Assembly (NCBI GenBank): GCA_054600435.1
Contig: BAAIJX010000011.1
Coordinates: forward strand, 248,001 to 312,000
Direction: 5' to 3'
DNA length: 64,000 nt
From: Neophaeotheca triangularis
Taxonomy: Eukaryota
The notes beneath the pieces were generated by a model that was given only the letters and a program-made list of their open reading frames with translations, ran no database searches and was not told where the DNA came from. Position numbers and translations under genes: made by a program. Positions 12,663-23,862 of the stretch are shown piece by piece. How positions within the stretch are numbered: the first letter of the stretch is position 1; the number at the start of each line of letters is the position of its first letter.

Positions 12663-14344
12663 TCAATAATCAGGCCATTCCGGATCCACCTCTCTCCTCC
12701 ACGCTTCAAAACCACCCTCAACATGTTTCCATCCCGCAGTCGCCACAGCATGATCCCGCAAAGCCTTGGTTGCAAGCTGCGAATCATTGCCCAACCTACA
12801 CACCACAAAGCACCTCCCACCCTCAGCAACAGCACTACTCGCCTCCCTCGCCCTCTGAACCCAAGACCCCGCGTCCCCCTTCCACGGCACATTGACCGAG
12901 CCCTCGAGCGCGCAAATCCCAAACTGCGTCTCATCCCTCACATCCAGGACATTTTCGTACCAACGCTTCCGTCCTTCGCCACCCGCTCGCTCTCTCGCGA
13001 GCTGCGCAAGCTCCTTGACGCCGACCTTGCTCTCCGCCGGCAGCACGTCCACGACCCCCGCCGCACCGCAGAAAGCGACGTAGTCCAGCGACCCGCTCGT
13101 TAGGCTTTCGGTACTGATGGTCGCGGAAGCGGAACATGCCGCGCAGTTTTTTCTCCGGCCACGCATTCGGTAGGAGTTGAAGGGTTTGCCCTCCCAGGCG
13201 GAGAAGGCGAGTAAGCTTGGTCTAGGGGGGTCGGTTCCTCCTTCGGTAGCTTGAGCAGGGGTGGGTTTGGCGACGAGCACTTTGATTGCTTCGAGCGCTT
13301 GCAGAACTCCCATGATACCGACTACGGGGCCGAGAATGCCGCCCTCGCCGCAGCTGAGCACGGTTTCGGGCGGAGGGGGTTGCGGATAGATGCAGCGGTA
13401 GCAAGGGCCGCCGTGTGTTTCGCCGGGGGGGAGGGGTGGGTTGTTGAGGACGATGAGCTGGCCGTCCTTGCGTAGGGCTGAGGCTGAGACGAGTGGCTTG
13501 TGCGCTAGGACGCTCGCGTCGCTGATGAGGTAGCGTGACGTCGGGTGATCGGTGCAGTCGAGGATGAGGTCGTAGGAGGCGAAGAGGGCGAGGGCCGTTT
13601 GCGGGGTTAGGTGCGAGGGGTGCGGGTGGTAGTTTGTTAGGGGGTTGAGTCTGGAACCGCTGGATCAGCTTTTCATGGGGTTTTCTTTATCAATGTATTA
13701 GGGGTGGGTAGTGGAGGTTGGTTGGAGACGTACGAGCGGAGGTATTCAATTGCGCTGTCTACTTTCTTCGCACCAATTCGCGAGGTACTGTGGGCGATTT
13801 GACGGTGCAGATTGGACTCCTCGACTGTGTCGCCATCGACTAGGCCTAACGTGCCTATGCCTGCTCCAGCTAGATATGCCGCGGCTGGGCAGCCGAGCCC
13901 TCCGGCGCCGATGATCAGTACTTTTGCCTCTTTCAGCCTCAGTTGGCCTGGCAGGCCTATCTCTGGCATAATGAGCTGACGCCCATACCGCTTGTACTCT
14001 TGCGCCGAGAGTGGCCATTTCGCTGGGGGGCCTTCCACAGCTCCATCCCCATCCATGATGACATCCCCATCCTTACCCGCAGATGCTTCTGCACTCGGCG
14101 CGGGGCCACCAAACCCCTCCAAGCTCCCCGTCCAACTCGATTGCAACGCAGCGACAGTCTCCGTCATCCATTCCTGCGGGAAGCCCCCATCATGATGCTG
14201 GCGCAACTGCTGCTCGCGCTGCAGCTCCGCCTGCCTTTCCGCGTGCAAGAGCTGGTACCTCAGACGTCGCAGCTGGTTCTCAGCTCCCTTGACTTGCTGT
14301 CGCAGAGTTTCAACCCGGTAGTCGGTTCCCTGGAAGACCTGCAT
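12663..14344 (-). CDS. UBA4: Adenylyltransferase/sulfurtransferase Uba4/MOCS3 (CnxF), 2 exons
   Basis: [47 protein letters not shown]-terminal rhodanese [10 protein letters not shown] and ...DPEWPDY*. Intron about 13651-13732. Confidence 0.94.
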
Positions 14345-15199
14345 CTTGGCTGATACCTGTGGAAAGGTGAAGAGATTTGAGTTTGGCAGGGGTGAGGTGA
14401 GGTGAGGTAGGTCTGAGCCTATCAGCTGATTGCGGAATTAAGCCGGAAATGAGGAAATGTTTGATAATACGCGAGCTCGCAATGAATCTAGACTTCACTC
14501 TGTCGCGATGCACCTAGGGATAAATCTGGCCGTGATGTAGAAGGAGGGATGCAGAAGTTGTGACTTCTCTCACTGTCGTCTTCCACATACCAAGACGGCG
14601 AGGGTCGAGTAGTGGCACTTATGAGGAATCTGTACACACGGTTGGCACTTTGTTGCCCTCGGTTTTCCTATACACCAGGAAAGCGCAGAGACGTATTGTA
14701 CCCGGCTCTTCTGAGCGCTGAAAATCTCAGGTAGATCAGGTGTAGATTGGCAGGTAGCAAGGGGTACAAATCGATTGTACCATCGAGGTGGATGATGAGC
14801 GGCCGATATAGGGTTGCTCGAGAGGACTAGAGTCTGTTTGGTACCCATGCGTGCAACCTCTCACGCATAGCAGTTGACGAGCATAGCACTATAGCTACTG
14901 CGTGGTTGATGCCGTAGTATCTATCCGAAATGTTGTGCCGAGAATCAGGGCCTTCTAGCATGTACATCAATAATCATACGCTGCGTTACGACCTTCACCT
15001 TGGAGAAACGTGCACAGTCAAAGAGATAGGTACGTAACAAGCTCAGGTAACAGGCTCAGAGAAACTAAAACAGTCATTCATGGTATATCTAAACACCCCC
15101 GGCGCCAACGCTAAACATAGTCCCGATGACATCTTCCGGGAAATAGCTACAACCCCGATCCCACAGCTCCTCCACTACCCCCCTCCTCCCCGCTCCTCT

Positions 15200-16132
15200 C
15201 TACTTCTTCTTCATCGAGAGAGCTCTCTCCCTCTCCTCACAGGAGCGCTTTGCGGCGGGTGCCCCTTCAAGGCCAGCGCCCGAGGCCGAGCGCTTGCGGC
15301 TCTCTGGCGCCGCAGAGGCAGCAGGACGACGCACAGCGGGAGCAGCGGGGCCAGCGGCAGGGCGAGCGACGGTGCGGTTTGCGGCGGCCGCCGAGGAAGA
15401 AGACTTGGTGGTGGTGGTGGTGCGGGCGGAGCCAGCGGGCGCGGGCGGGGAGGTTTTCTTTTTGGCCAGGAAGGCCGCCCTCTCCTGCTCCGCCTTGAGC
15501 TTGTCGGCCTTGCGCTTGGCCAGGAAGGAGTTGGTCTCCGCTGGGCTGGGCTGCTGCTGGGAGGGAAGGAGTGAGGCGTTGGTAGCCGAGGCTTTGGGCA
15601 CGGTGCGGCGCTTGGATAGTCCCTCCGAGAAGGTACGGCGGACGGGAGGGGCGAACCAGCGGGGCTCAGCAGCAGGCACGCCGAGCTCGCTGTGCATAAA
15701 GGTAGACTCCGAGTATTTCTCGGCGCTCGCTCGGTTCATGGAAGCTTTCAGCGCTTCCTGCTGCTGCTTGATAGTGCGCTCTTGTTCTAGCAGCAGCTTG
15801 TCGTAGAGGGCCCTGATTGAGATGTTGTTGCGGGAGCCCTGAGGGAGATGACGGCTGAGCTTCTTGCTGGCATTTTCAATGTCGCGGTGAATGAAGCGTT
15901 TCCAGAGATTGCCGGTGCTTTCCTTGACCTGAGGGCATTGGTCCTCGATCTTTGCGAGCTGAGCGGGCACCGTGACCCAAGAGATGATGTTCTTGACGAG
16001 GCGCCAGGGCATGTCGCCAACATCTTCGAGATTGCTGATGTTGCGTTTGGTGGCTTTGAGTGCGAGGTACGTGAGGCTTGGTGCTCCGATAATCTCAGTC
16101 TCGTTGGTTTTGGCAGGAGGGGAAGAAGGCAT
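15200..16132 (-). CDS. ELA1: Elongin A (RNA Pol II factor SIII subunit A)-like protein
   Basis: BC-box-like APSLTYLALKATKRNISNLEDVGDMPWRLVKNII, QLAKIEDQCPQ...LWKRFIHRD, followed by a basic low-complexity tail. ATG 16132 chosen. Confidence 0.75.
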   Translation of the reverse strand: MPSSPPAKTNETEIIGAPSLTYLALKATKRNISNLEDVGDMPWRLVKNIISWVTVPAQLAKIEDQCPQVKESTGNLWKRFIHRDIENASKKLSRHLPQGSRNNISIRALYDKLLLEQERTIKQQQEALKASMNRASAEKYSESTFMHSELGVPAAEPRWFAPPVRRTFSEGLSKRRTVPKASATNASLLPSQQQPSPAETNSFLAKRKADKLKAEQERAAFLAKKKTSPPAPAGSARTTTTTKSSSSAAAANRTVARPAAGPAAPAVRRPAASAAPESRKRSASGAGLEGAPAAKRSCEERERALSMKKK

Positions 16133-16958
16133 TGTATTGGAGATGTTGAGGTGACTGGCGTGGCGAGAGTGTTGAAGAGCCTTGATGCGATGATGGTATG
16201 GGTGGTATGAGTATTTGTGTGAGCTGCGAAGAGAAGCTGGCAAGTTTGATGGTACTGCTGCTGCTGTCTTCGTGATGATCTGGAGGAGGAGGAGGAAAGG
16301 ACGAGGGAGAAGACGAAGGGCAGGCCGTACTTGTGTTTGTGAACTTCAGCACGGCCCCCTTGCGAGGACAATAGGTAAGCTCGACAATAGAGTCAAGAGT
16401 AGACACTTTCTCAGAATGAAGCTCCGAGTGAAGATGTCCTCAAGTGAAGGCGAGTCTAATTGATTCAGTGAAGCTTGCAGATGTCCTCAGTGAAGCGGCC
16501 GATCAGTGATCCTTCACCGAGTGCGTTCAGGGTGAGCTAACCTATTGAATTCAGCCAGGCTCATCTTTGTGTTGCTTGCTGCATCTTCCGTCGACTGTAA
16601 CAGTGTCTGAGAACATAGTAAAAGTTTTGTTTTGTGAGCTTTTGATGATAAGGTATTCAACTCGATGTGGTGAGGTTGAAGCTCGACTTGTCCTGGTGGT
16701 AATCTTTCCCGGCAGATCGGTCGAGGGATCGGCCCGTGTGAGCTTACTGCATCTAGCGCGCCGGAGCTGTCGTGACTAAGCCGACTCCGAGAGCCGCAGC
16801 TTCAATTGAAAGCGTTCACTTGCAGGTAGGCCGAATCTTTGACACCCTCACCCATTGGTGTTTGCCTGCGCTTATTGCTTCGGACCTTCACTCAACACAC
16901 AAAGATTCGCTACTGGAAGGTACAAAACAATACGGCTGATCCTTCGTACGTCACCAAA

Positions 16959-17933
16959 ATGCCACACAACTATGGCATACTCCCGGAGCAGGCACAAGAA
17001 GACGCCTTGCACGCAACACGCCTGCTCATGATTGAGGAGCGTCCATACAGACGCGTCAAGGATCGCCTCATCGATGCCTCGTCTCTCCTACGCGAGCGCC
17101 CAAGTGGTCTCGCATCTCCTCCACCCGAAGACCAGTCAGGCGAAGAGGCCACCGGCCAGGATGAGCAAAAATACCATAACTTTCGGGAAGACATACTCCT
17201 GGACATTGCGGCCTACGAGAACAGCCTCATCCGCATGCAGCTTGTGCAAAATCGCGAACAGCGTGAGCGCGACCATTACGCGACTGAGAAGCAGAAGATC
17301 CAGGACACCGCAAAGGCTGTCAAGGATAACACGACCGAACTGAAGGACGAGTTGGTCGAGGCGCAAAAGGTCATGGAGCAGAAGAAGAAGTACGATGCCC
17401 TTGCTATCAAAATTCTAGACGACAAGAAGCTGCCCGCGAGAGACGACAACCAAGAGGAGATCAGGAAACTGCAGAAGGAAATCGAAGACTTGGAGGCGGA
17501 GGATAGGGAGTTTGAGGAGATGTGGGCTAGCAGGAAGGTAGCGTTCGACAGGATTCAGGCCGAAGGTCAAGCCGCGCTTAACATGATTAAGGGTATCAAG
17601 GATGTCATGGAGGAAGACAAAGACGAGACCGGCGATGACGCTGAGGTCGAGGGCGAGGGCAATGATGCGAGCGTGACAGGCGACCGAAGCCGCATGGGTA
17701 CTCCGGGTCCAGAAGGCAGCACTCCACGACCCGACGTTGGCACGCCACTGCCAGATGCTGGTGACGACGACAACGATGACTCATCGGCACGCCCATCTAA
17801 TCGATTCCTTGAAGTTGACGACGCGACTCGTGCTAATAGTCGCAAACAGTCGTCTGCCATCAGCCCCGTGTCTACGATCGGCGAGCAACAGGACACCGAC
17901 ACCGAAATGGGTAACGCAAGTTCCACAGGCTGA
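16959..17933 (+). CDS. THOC7: THO complex subunit 7 / Mft1-like
   Basis: QEDALHATRLLMIEERPYRRV, FREDILLDIAAYENSLIRMQL...NREQRERDHY coiled coil, KKYDALA, acidic tail. Confidence 0.8.
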   Translation: MPHNYGILPEQAQEDALHATRLLMIEERPYRRVKDRLIDASSLLRERPSGLASPPPEDQSGEEATGQDEQKYHNFREDILLDIAAYENSLIRMQLVQNREQRERDHYATEKQKIQDTAKAVKDNTTELKDELVEAQKVMEQKKKYDALAIKILDDKKLPARDDNQEEIRKLQKEIEDLEAEDREFEEMWASRKVAFDRIQAEGQAALNMIKGIKDVMEEDKDETGDDAEVEGEGNDASVTGDRSRMGTPGPEGSTPRPDVGTPLPDAGDDDNDDSSARPSNRFLEVDDATRANSRKQSSAISPVSTIGEQQDTDTEMGNASSTG

Positions 17934-18858
17934 GGGCTGAGAGATCCTAACGAGTGCTTAGGCGAGCGTGGAAGTCAGAAATACTTCCATCTGGGGTTTA
18001 TGCGCTACGTATGATCAACCTTGAGACTCCACACAGGGCGAAGGCGGATCTATAATTTCTCGGGCTGGTGTCACGACGCTGGAATGAGGAGCCAAACGCA
18101 TGCATTGTGGGGGTCTGTAGTCCCCTAAAAGGCGGGCAGACTTGAGAAGGCATCGGACCGGCGTGTGACTCTATGCACGAGCCTTCCAAGTGGGAAAATG
18201 GGAGCAAATGCCCGTCGGGGCCATTAGTACTGCAATCTGCAGAGTAATCGGAGGTTCGTACGATCTGTGGTTCCAGCACTGACCGACTGATTTACTGACT
18301 TCATCTCGAAGGAATGCTGTTTAATTGTCCCTTTCGATATACCCCAAACGTGTTCTGCAATAACTAGGAGATTTCCCCATTCTTCATCTTTTCATGGTTC
18401 TCTGATCTGTCAGTCAAGCCGTTCCGATCCACGGTCGACACCAGTGATCCGCGTGCGGCAACACACAGCCGCTGCTGAAACTGTAGACGATCTAGATCTC
18501 ACTGGTAACATAATCCCAGCTCGTTGAACAACCGTGGCGTCGACGCCCAATCTCGATGGCCCGTTTGGCGAGCTGCACCATGCCAGTGAGACGATGGTTT
18601 TATCTTCGCGGCACATGTGGTGTCGACTCGAAAGCGAGGATGTCTAAAGAAGGGACTCGTGGAACTGCGCGTCATGTATTCATTGTGTATCTCGTAGCTA
18701 GTCATGGGTATCGCTTGCGCCGTACTTTCCTCTCCGTTCCCAAAAGGGAACCGCATACCAACCATCAAACGCCAACATTCACGGAATGGGAGCCAGTAAT
18801 AAAGCCGGCCGAAGCTTCGTTGCTAAGGCGCCGCAGCACTCAAAAGGCGGCCAGTCGA

Positions 18859-19614
18859 TCAAACCTCCTCCTTGCCCATTCTAGCCAGAACCCTCGCCTT
18901 CCGCCTCCTTGCCGCAAGCTGCGGCGTCCAAACGCCCAAAAACAGATCCTCGCACTCATCCTCATCTTGACTGTCCCACTCAACCAGCTCCTCTCTGCCC
19001 TGTCCAAGTGGCGCCCCGTTCCAAGCCTTGCCCTCCTCATCCCCCTCCAATCCATCCTCCTCCCACGCGCTAGCCTTCACCACTCGCCGCGTCTCAAGAA
19101 TGAATTTCCCAATCTTATACCTCTGCCCCTCCTCCTCAGCCGCCACGTACTTCCACCCCAGCACGCTCCCGCACTGTGCGCAGCTCACATCGCCCACGGT
19201 GTGGTTGCCCGTTACCAACTGCCTAGGCACAGGTTTGTGCACGTAAGTGTTGGGCAGATTTGGCAGGGCGTCGTTGATGCGGCGGATGGAGTTGCGGTTG
19301 AGGGGGTCTAGTTGGGGGTTTGTGTTGGAATGATGCGGCGGTTGGGCGGAGACGAGATACGCGCGGCCGTGTCGTCCCGTGAAGCCCTTGGAGATTATTT
19401 GCGAGGTAAGGCAGAGGTCTGTTGCGCAGCGGATGCAACGGAGGCGGGACGCGTGGGCTGTTAGATAGGAGTCATCATTTGGAGGAGAGGTGGAGGTGGT
19501 GGATGTGCTGGTGGAGTTGCTAGAGGTACTGGACTGGCGGCGTCGGAAGGGGAGGGAGGGGATTAGGTAGGTTGGGAACAGGGGTGGTGGGGAAGCTAGG
19601 GAGGGGAAGGGCAT
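18859..19614 (-). CDS. Yippee/Mis18 zinc-binding family protein
   Basis: LRCIRCATDL...IISKGFTGRHGRAYL...RQLVTGNHTVGDVSCAQCGSVLGWKY...YKIGKFILE with two CxxC motifs. ATG 19614. Confidence 0.9.
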   Translation of the reverse strand: MPFPSLASPPPLFPTYLIPSLPFRRRQSSTSSNSTSTSTTSTSPPNDDSYLTAHASRLRCIRCATDLCLTSQIISKGFTGRHGRAYLVSAQPPHHSNTNPQLDPLNRNSIRRINDALPNLPNTYVHKPVPRQLVTGNHTVGDVSCAQCGSVLGWKYVAAEEEGQRYKIGKFILETRRVVKASAWEEDGLEGDEEGKAWNGAPLGQGREELVEWDSQDEDECEDLFLGVWTPQLAARRRKARVLARMGKEEV

Positions 19615-21192
19615 CTTGGGGTATCTTCGTCTGGACTTGAGTGGTGTTGAGAGGGGGAAGAGAGCAGAGGATGATAAGGGAAGAATGGGAGCAAGTAGAG
19701 CAACGAGGTCAACCTCGGGGAGACATATCAGACTCCCGGACGAGCCGTCAGAAGAGCCACGGTTGGTCACGAGAGCTGTAAAGGTTGAGCTCAAGAGCTG
19801 TAGCTGTCTGTGTACCTTACCGCGTTCGAGCCGGCATCGGTGAGGGATCCTTCTGCATCGGGGTGAGATCTACGGGCGTTTACCTAGATAAGATCCTCTG
19901 GGGTGTTCTGAGAGTCCTAGTGAATCGCCTTGTTTATTCTCGAACGCTGTTCTCGGCAACAAGACGTCCGGAGTTGGAGTGAAGGCGGTGTTGTAGCAGA
20001 GCAGCAGCGGGGTTGAGGGGACGAGCGCTTGCGAGTCGAAACAAGCAACAGCCGAACCCGTCTTGCCGAGGACCCACCTCGACACAGACATCACCTCCTC
20101 ATCGTCCCAAACCGCTTCCTAGGGCGGGCGATACGTGTACTTTTCATCTCAACCCAAGTTTCGCCAGCGGCTGATGCGTCAACGGAGGTAACAAGGCTCT
20201 GGTTTCTCGCGGCTCCTTATACTTGGGAGTCTTTGTTCAGCTAAAGCAAGCTCTCGGCTTGTCGTTGGTACTCACATCCAGGATTCTCAGAAGACCGTCA
20301 TCTCAAGAGTTTCGGTATATTGCCCGGGGATGCCCGGAAACGAACATTCCTCAGAGATCTGAACGTTGAAGATCACCAATGGGAGGGTCACTCAAAGATT
20401 TACAATGCCTAAACGATACGTAGACGACCGGCTATGATGATTGCGATCATGAAAATGAAAGACGGTGCACAGTGAAGAAGAGCACCGAAGCCTGTTCGAA
20501 AGTTGTCGCTCACTGAATTTGGACCGGAGTCCGGGGTGGGATTATCTATAGTATAGATGATTCCGTTCCTCGTTGGAATGGGATGGCTGATTTGTTTGGC
20601 TGGGTGTGCACCATTTAGGATATTGACACGGGGTGAAGGACCTTCTTCCATCACGCAGAGCATGTAGAGCGATCGGTGAGTGTGCTGGAGCCGCTTTCAC
20701 CGGCTTACAGCAATGAAGTCCTGCTACGATGCTTGCCTGTAAGTCAGCCGCGAAGACTGTAATTGATATGGCAATATCCCTAGCTGGTACATGGCGCCAT
20801 GGAGACAGACGTCGAGACTGCGGAGAGGGTTGTTGATATAATGTGATGGGTATGGAAGCAGACAACCACGGGCACCATTTTTTGCGGGAAGCCTTGTGGT
20901 CGATACCACGGTCCAATTCGGGGGTTGTTCTCCTGGACGGCGCTAGATTCGCTCACTCGATGGTATTGAGAAGAGTGTCGGCAAGTGGCATGCATGAAGG
21001 CGTGTACATACCTACTGGTCACCACCCGGGCACACCAGCTTACCACCGACCGGATTATGACGTATCAACGATGTTCCCCTGAGACGGGAGGCTGGGCAGC
21101 GCAGCCAGAAAATCGCCATGTCACAGGTCATGTTCCTTAGCAAAATTATTCTGACTATATACGTTATTCGCGGCCAAACACTTTATGGGAAT

Positions 21193-21440
21193 GAGAACAA
21201 CCGAAAAACTCGAATTCACAAAAACAGTCTTAAGGATGGTAACCAAAGACTTCCTTCCTCTTCCACGAACTTACTCCAGGTTATCCACAAGGCAAAGACC
21301 GCGGTTCAATTCCCAGCTCTTGCACTTGTCAAAAGCAAACCAGCCTTCGGGTGCGGGTTCTGCTAAGTGGTTTCTTCTCCCATCGGGAGTTTCTTTTGGC
21401 CTTTCTGGTTTTGTTTTGGCTTCGAGGGTTATTTGTTATC
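21193..21440 (+). ncRNA. Candidate structured non-coding RNA or TFIIIC B-box element (unclassified)
   Basis: B-box GGTTCAATTCC at 21303-21313, several complementary stems and a cUUCGg hairpin. No recognised family. Confidence 0.3.
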
Positions 21441-21858
21441 GCAATTAATATCAAACAATGGGCTGTATGCTTAGTACCTAGGGGTTTTGTGAGTGGCCAC
21501 CTTAGAGATGGATGCCCTGTATTTTTTGACCTCTCAGGCAGCAGCTGTGGCCCTGACTAATGCGTTGTTAACTTAGATCGAGCACTCCGCCTTCCCACTG
21601 AGATTAGTTTACAACATTTCATCTCCTGCGAATGCTGGCATACAAGTGCTGATAGGCGCACACTACCACCGGAGTCGCCGCCCTTCACTGAAGGTAACGA
21701 CATGAGCCAGTAGCGCTGCCAGCACCTGAAACCGACACGACGATCCGTCAACTCCAACACCGGCAGTGAAGCTCCAGTGAAACCAACCAAGCCAACATCA
21801 CGTAAAACCACCAATAGCTGCCAATATCACAGCCCCTAGTCACTACTGCGGCTGCAAT

Positions 21859-22794
21859 ATGCAACCTCAAACTCTCCCGAAGCGATCGACACCCACCATG
21901 TCTCCAACTTCCGCCTCCAGCAGAACGTTCGCGATCCCCGAACTCCTCGAGCAAATCTTCCTTTGGCTGTCTACTCGTCAGCTTCTCATGACCGAGCGAG
22001 TCGATAGTAAATGTCTAGTCACGATCCACAGTTCTCCGACGCTACAAAACCAACCGATCCGCGAGGCTTTTGCGACAGGTGGGATACTGGAAAACGTGCA
22101 CTTTCGGCTGACCATGCGCGATGTCCTGATCTCGCAAAGGGTCTGCAAGGGATGGAGAGAGAAGGTCAGGGCGAGCGATGTGTTGATGGAGAAAACCCTA
22201 CTTAGGGGTTCAAAGCTGGGGTTCATGGGATTTGGTGACAAGTCTAGAAAGAGTTTCGCTCCTCTCTCTGAGACATTTCACACAAACTGGGGTTTTGCGG
22301 GCGACTGTGAGCCCACCGGCCCCAGAAGCGGCAGCAGCCTTTTAGAACTGCCTCAGGCTGGCCGTAAGACCCTGCTGTCTTACATAGGCTGGTATTACAC
22401 GTCCACTAGATGTGGCCGTCCGCGCCTACCAGTGAAACCCCCGGGAAACCCATTGATCGCTTTCGAACCGGATCCTTCCGACCATCTTGGCGAATTCCAG
22501 CCTCAATGGTGGTATACTAAAGTCGACTTTCACCACAACTTCAAAGTCGAGGGCGCCCTATCCGAGCAGACGGCTTCTTGGAGGAGCATGCTTGTCACGC
22601 AGCCGCCGGCGAAGGAGCTGTACTTTGCAGACACCTCTTGCCGCCACCATCACATCTTTAAAGCAAGCGATGCAGCGCACAGTGTCACGCTTGGTGATCT
22701 CAGCCGTGTGATCTGCGCTCGGTCTGTGACGCTGAGAGATATCATTGGAAGTGACTTGATGAGTTACGGGGGCTTCGTTCCTGGATTGGATTAG
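21859..22794 (+). CDS. Fungal F-box-like protein with two tandem F-box motifs
   Basis: RTFAIPELLEQIFLWL...SSPTLQ, then a second motif GILENVHFRLTMRDVLISQRVCKGWRE, and C-terminal ASWRSMLVTQPP...VTLGDL. Intronless. Confidence 0.7.
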   Translation: MQPQTLPKRSTPTMSPTSASSRTFAIPELLEQIFLWLSTRQLLMTERVDSKCLVTIHSSPTLQNQPIREAFATGGILENVHFRLTMRDVLISQRVCKGWREKVRASDVLMEKTLLRGSKLGFMGFGDKSRKSFAPLSETFHTNWGFAGDCEPTGPRSGSSLLELPQAGRKTLLSYIGWYYTSTRCGRPRLPVKPPGNPLIAFEPDPSDHLGEFQPQWWYTKVDFHHNFKVEGALSEQTASWRSMLVTQPPAKELYFADTSCRHHHIFKASDAAHSVTLGDLSRVICARSVTLRDIIGSDLMSYGGFVPGLD

Positions 22795-23143
22795 CATGAT
22801 TACGACTACTGGCCAGACGATGGATGAAGCATTAAATCACTTGCTAGCCAGATGACAAGTGGCATCAAGGAGTAAGGACGATGACAGGTGGTGCTCTCGA
22901 GGCGAAGCAGTGGGATAACAGAAGATCCTGCTCGAGCGCTCTCTCTGCCGCTACCATGAATCGAGTAGTATGTTGCTATAGCTATATTCGAAAAGGGATG
23001 GCAAGGCGTAGTAGTCTTGACTTGTCATGGCACTTGCGGAAGAGACATGCTATCCACAAGGGTTCACATAGTCATTGCTACAAAGCACTAGACTAGTTAA
23101 GCCGCAACGCCGTCGCTCCCAAGTAATCAAGCTCGTCGGACCA

Positions 23144-23614
23144 TCACGAGGTCTCCCGCATCGCAGTCATAGCGGCGGCCGCAGCTTCCTTTGCTTTGGT
23201 GATCTCCTCCGGAGAGTGTTCTTCGCCGCTGGCCTGGTAAAGAAGGCCAGTCAAAAATACCATACTTCCGTCGCCCTCCATGGAGATGGGGGAACTTACA
23301 AGCTGCTCGTCCAGCTTCTCCTTAGCCTCTGTGATTTTTGTCTTCATTTGCGGGAAAACGGCTTTGGTCTCCTCGGCCGCTTTTTTCTATCTCACCCGTT
23401 AGAGCCAGTGCTAGGAGACGATGCACATTGGAAATGTAGCTTCTACCTCTTGCCTCAACTCATACTCAGCATTCTCGTTCTCACTGTCGGGGTTGCTCTC
23501 GAGCTTGGCAATGCGAGATTGTTGCTGCTCGAGCTCTTTGTGGTAGCTGGCTTCCTCCTTGACGAGGCGGTTCAGCGATGATGTCGCAATAGCGAGCTGG
23601 GATGGTGGAGGCAT
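23144..23614 (-). CDS. TBCA: Tubulin-folding cofactor A (Rbl2), 3 exons
   Basis: MPPPSQLAIATSSLNRLVKEEASYHKELEQQ...NAEYELRQE|KKAAEETKAVFPQMKTKI...EQL|ASGEEHSPEEITKAKE. Confidence 0.9.
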
Positions 23615-23733
23615 AGTCGTGATGGCGCTTTCTATTGTTTTCAAGATGGCCTTGGATCCTGTTGGATAGATTGTTTGAAGGGTGGTAGTCAGGGCGCTTA
23701 TCTATCTTATCTATCTCATGCAGGCACTTTGGC

Positions 23734-23767
23734 ACGCGTTGCACGCGTTGCGACCGCGTTCTATAAA
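23734..23767 (+). promoter_or_regulatory. Tandem MCB boxes plus TATA upstream of MCM4 (divergent TBCA/MCM4 promoter)
   Basis: ACGCGT at 23734 and 23743, CCGCGT at about 23754, TATAAA at 23762, about 100 bp before the MCM4 ATG. Confidence 0.75.
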
Positions 23768-23862
23768 GGGTCCACTTCCCACTTTCTTCCCCTCGCTGTC
23801 GTCTAGCGACTGTCTGATAAACATACCGACATCACTTACTACCACTCCAAACACTACCGATA

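Noticed and set aside
20409..21082. Short overlapping ORFs between the yippee and F-box genes
   Set aside because: No motifs, coherent splice model or codon bias.
21225..21325. tRNA gene suggested by GGTTCAATTCC
   Set aside because: The T-stem is mismatched and there is no upstream acceptor strand (GCAAGAG) or D-arm. Kept only as an unclassified ncRNA candidate.
21426..21432. TAACCCT on the minus strand as a telomerase RNA template
   Set aside because: Only 7 nt, shorter than the roughly 1.5 repeats expected, and no pseudoknot or CR4/5 could be assigned.
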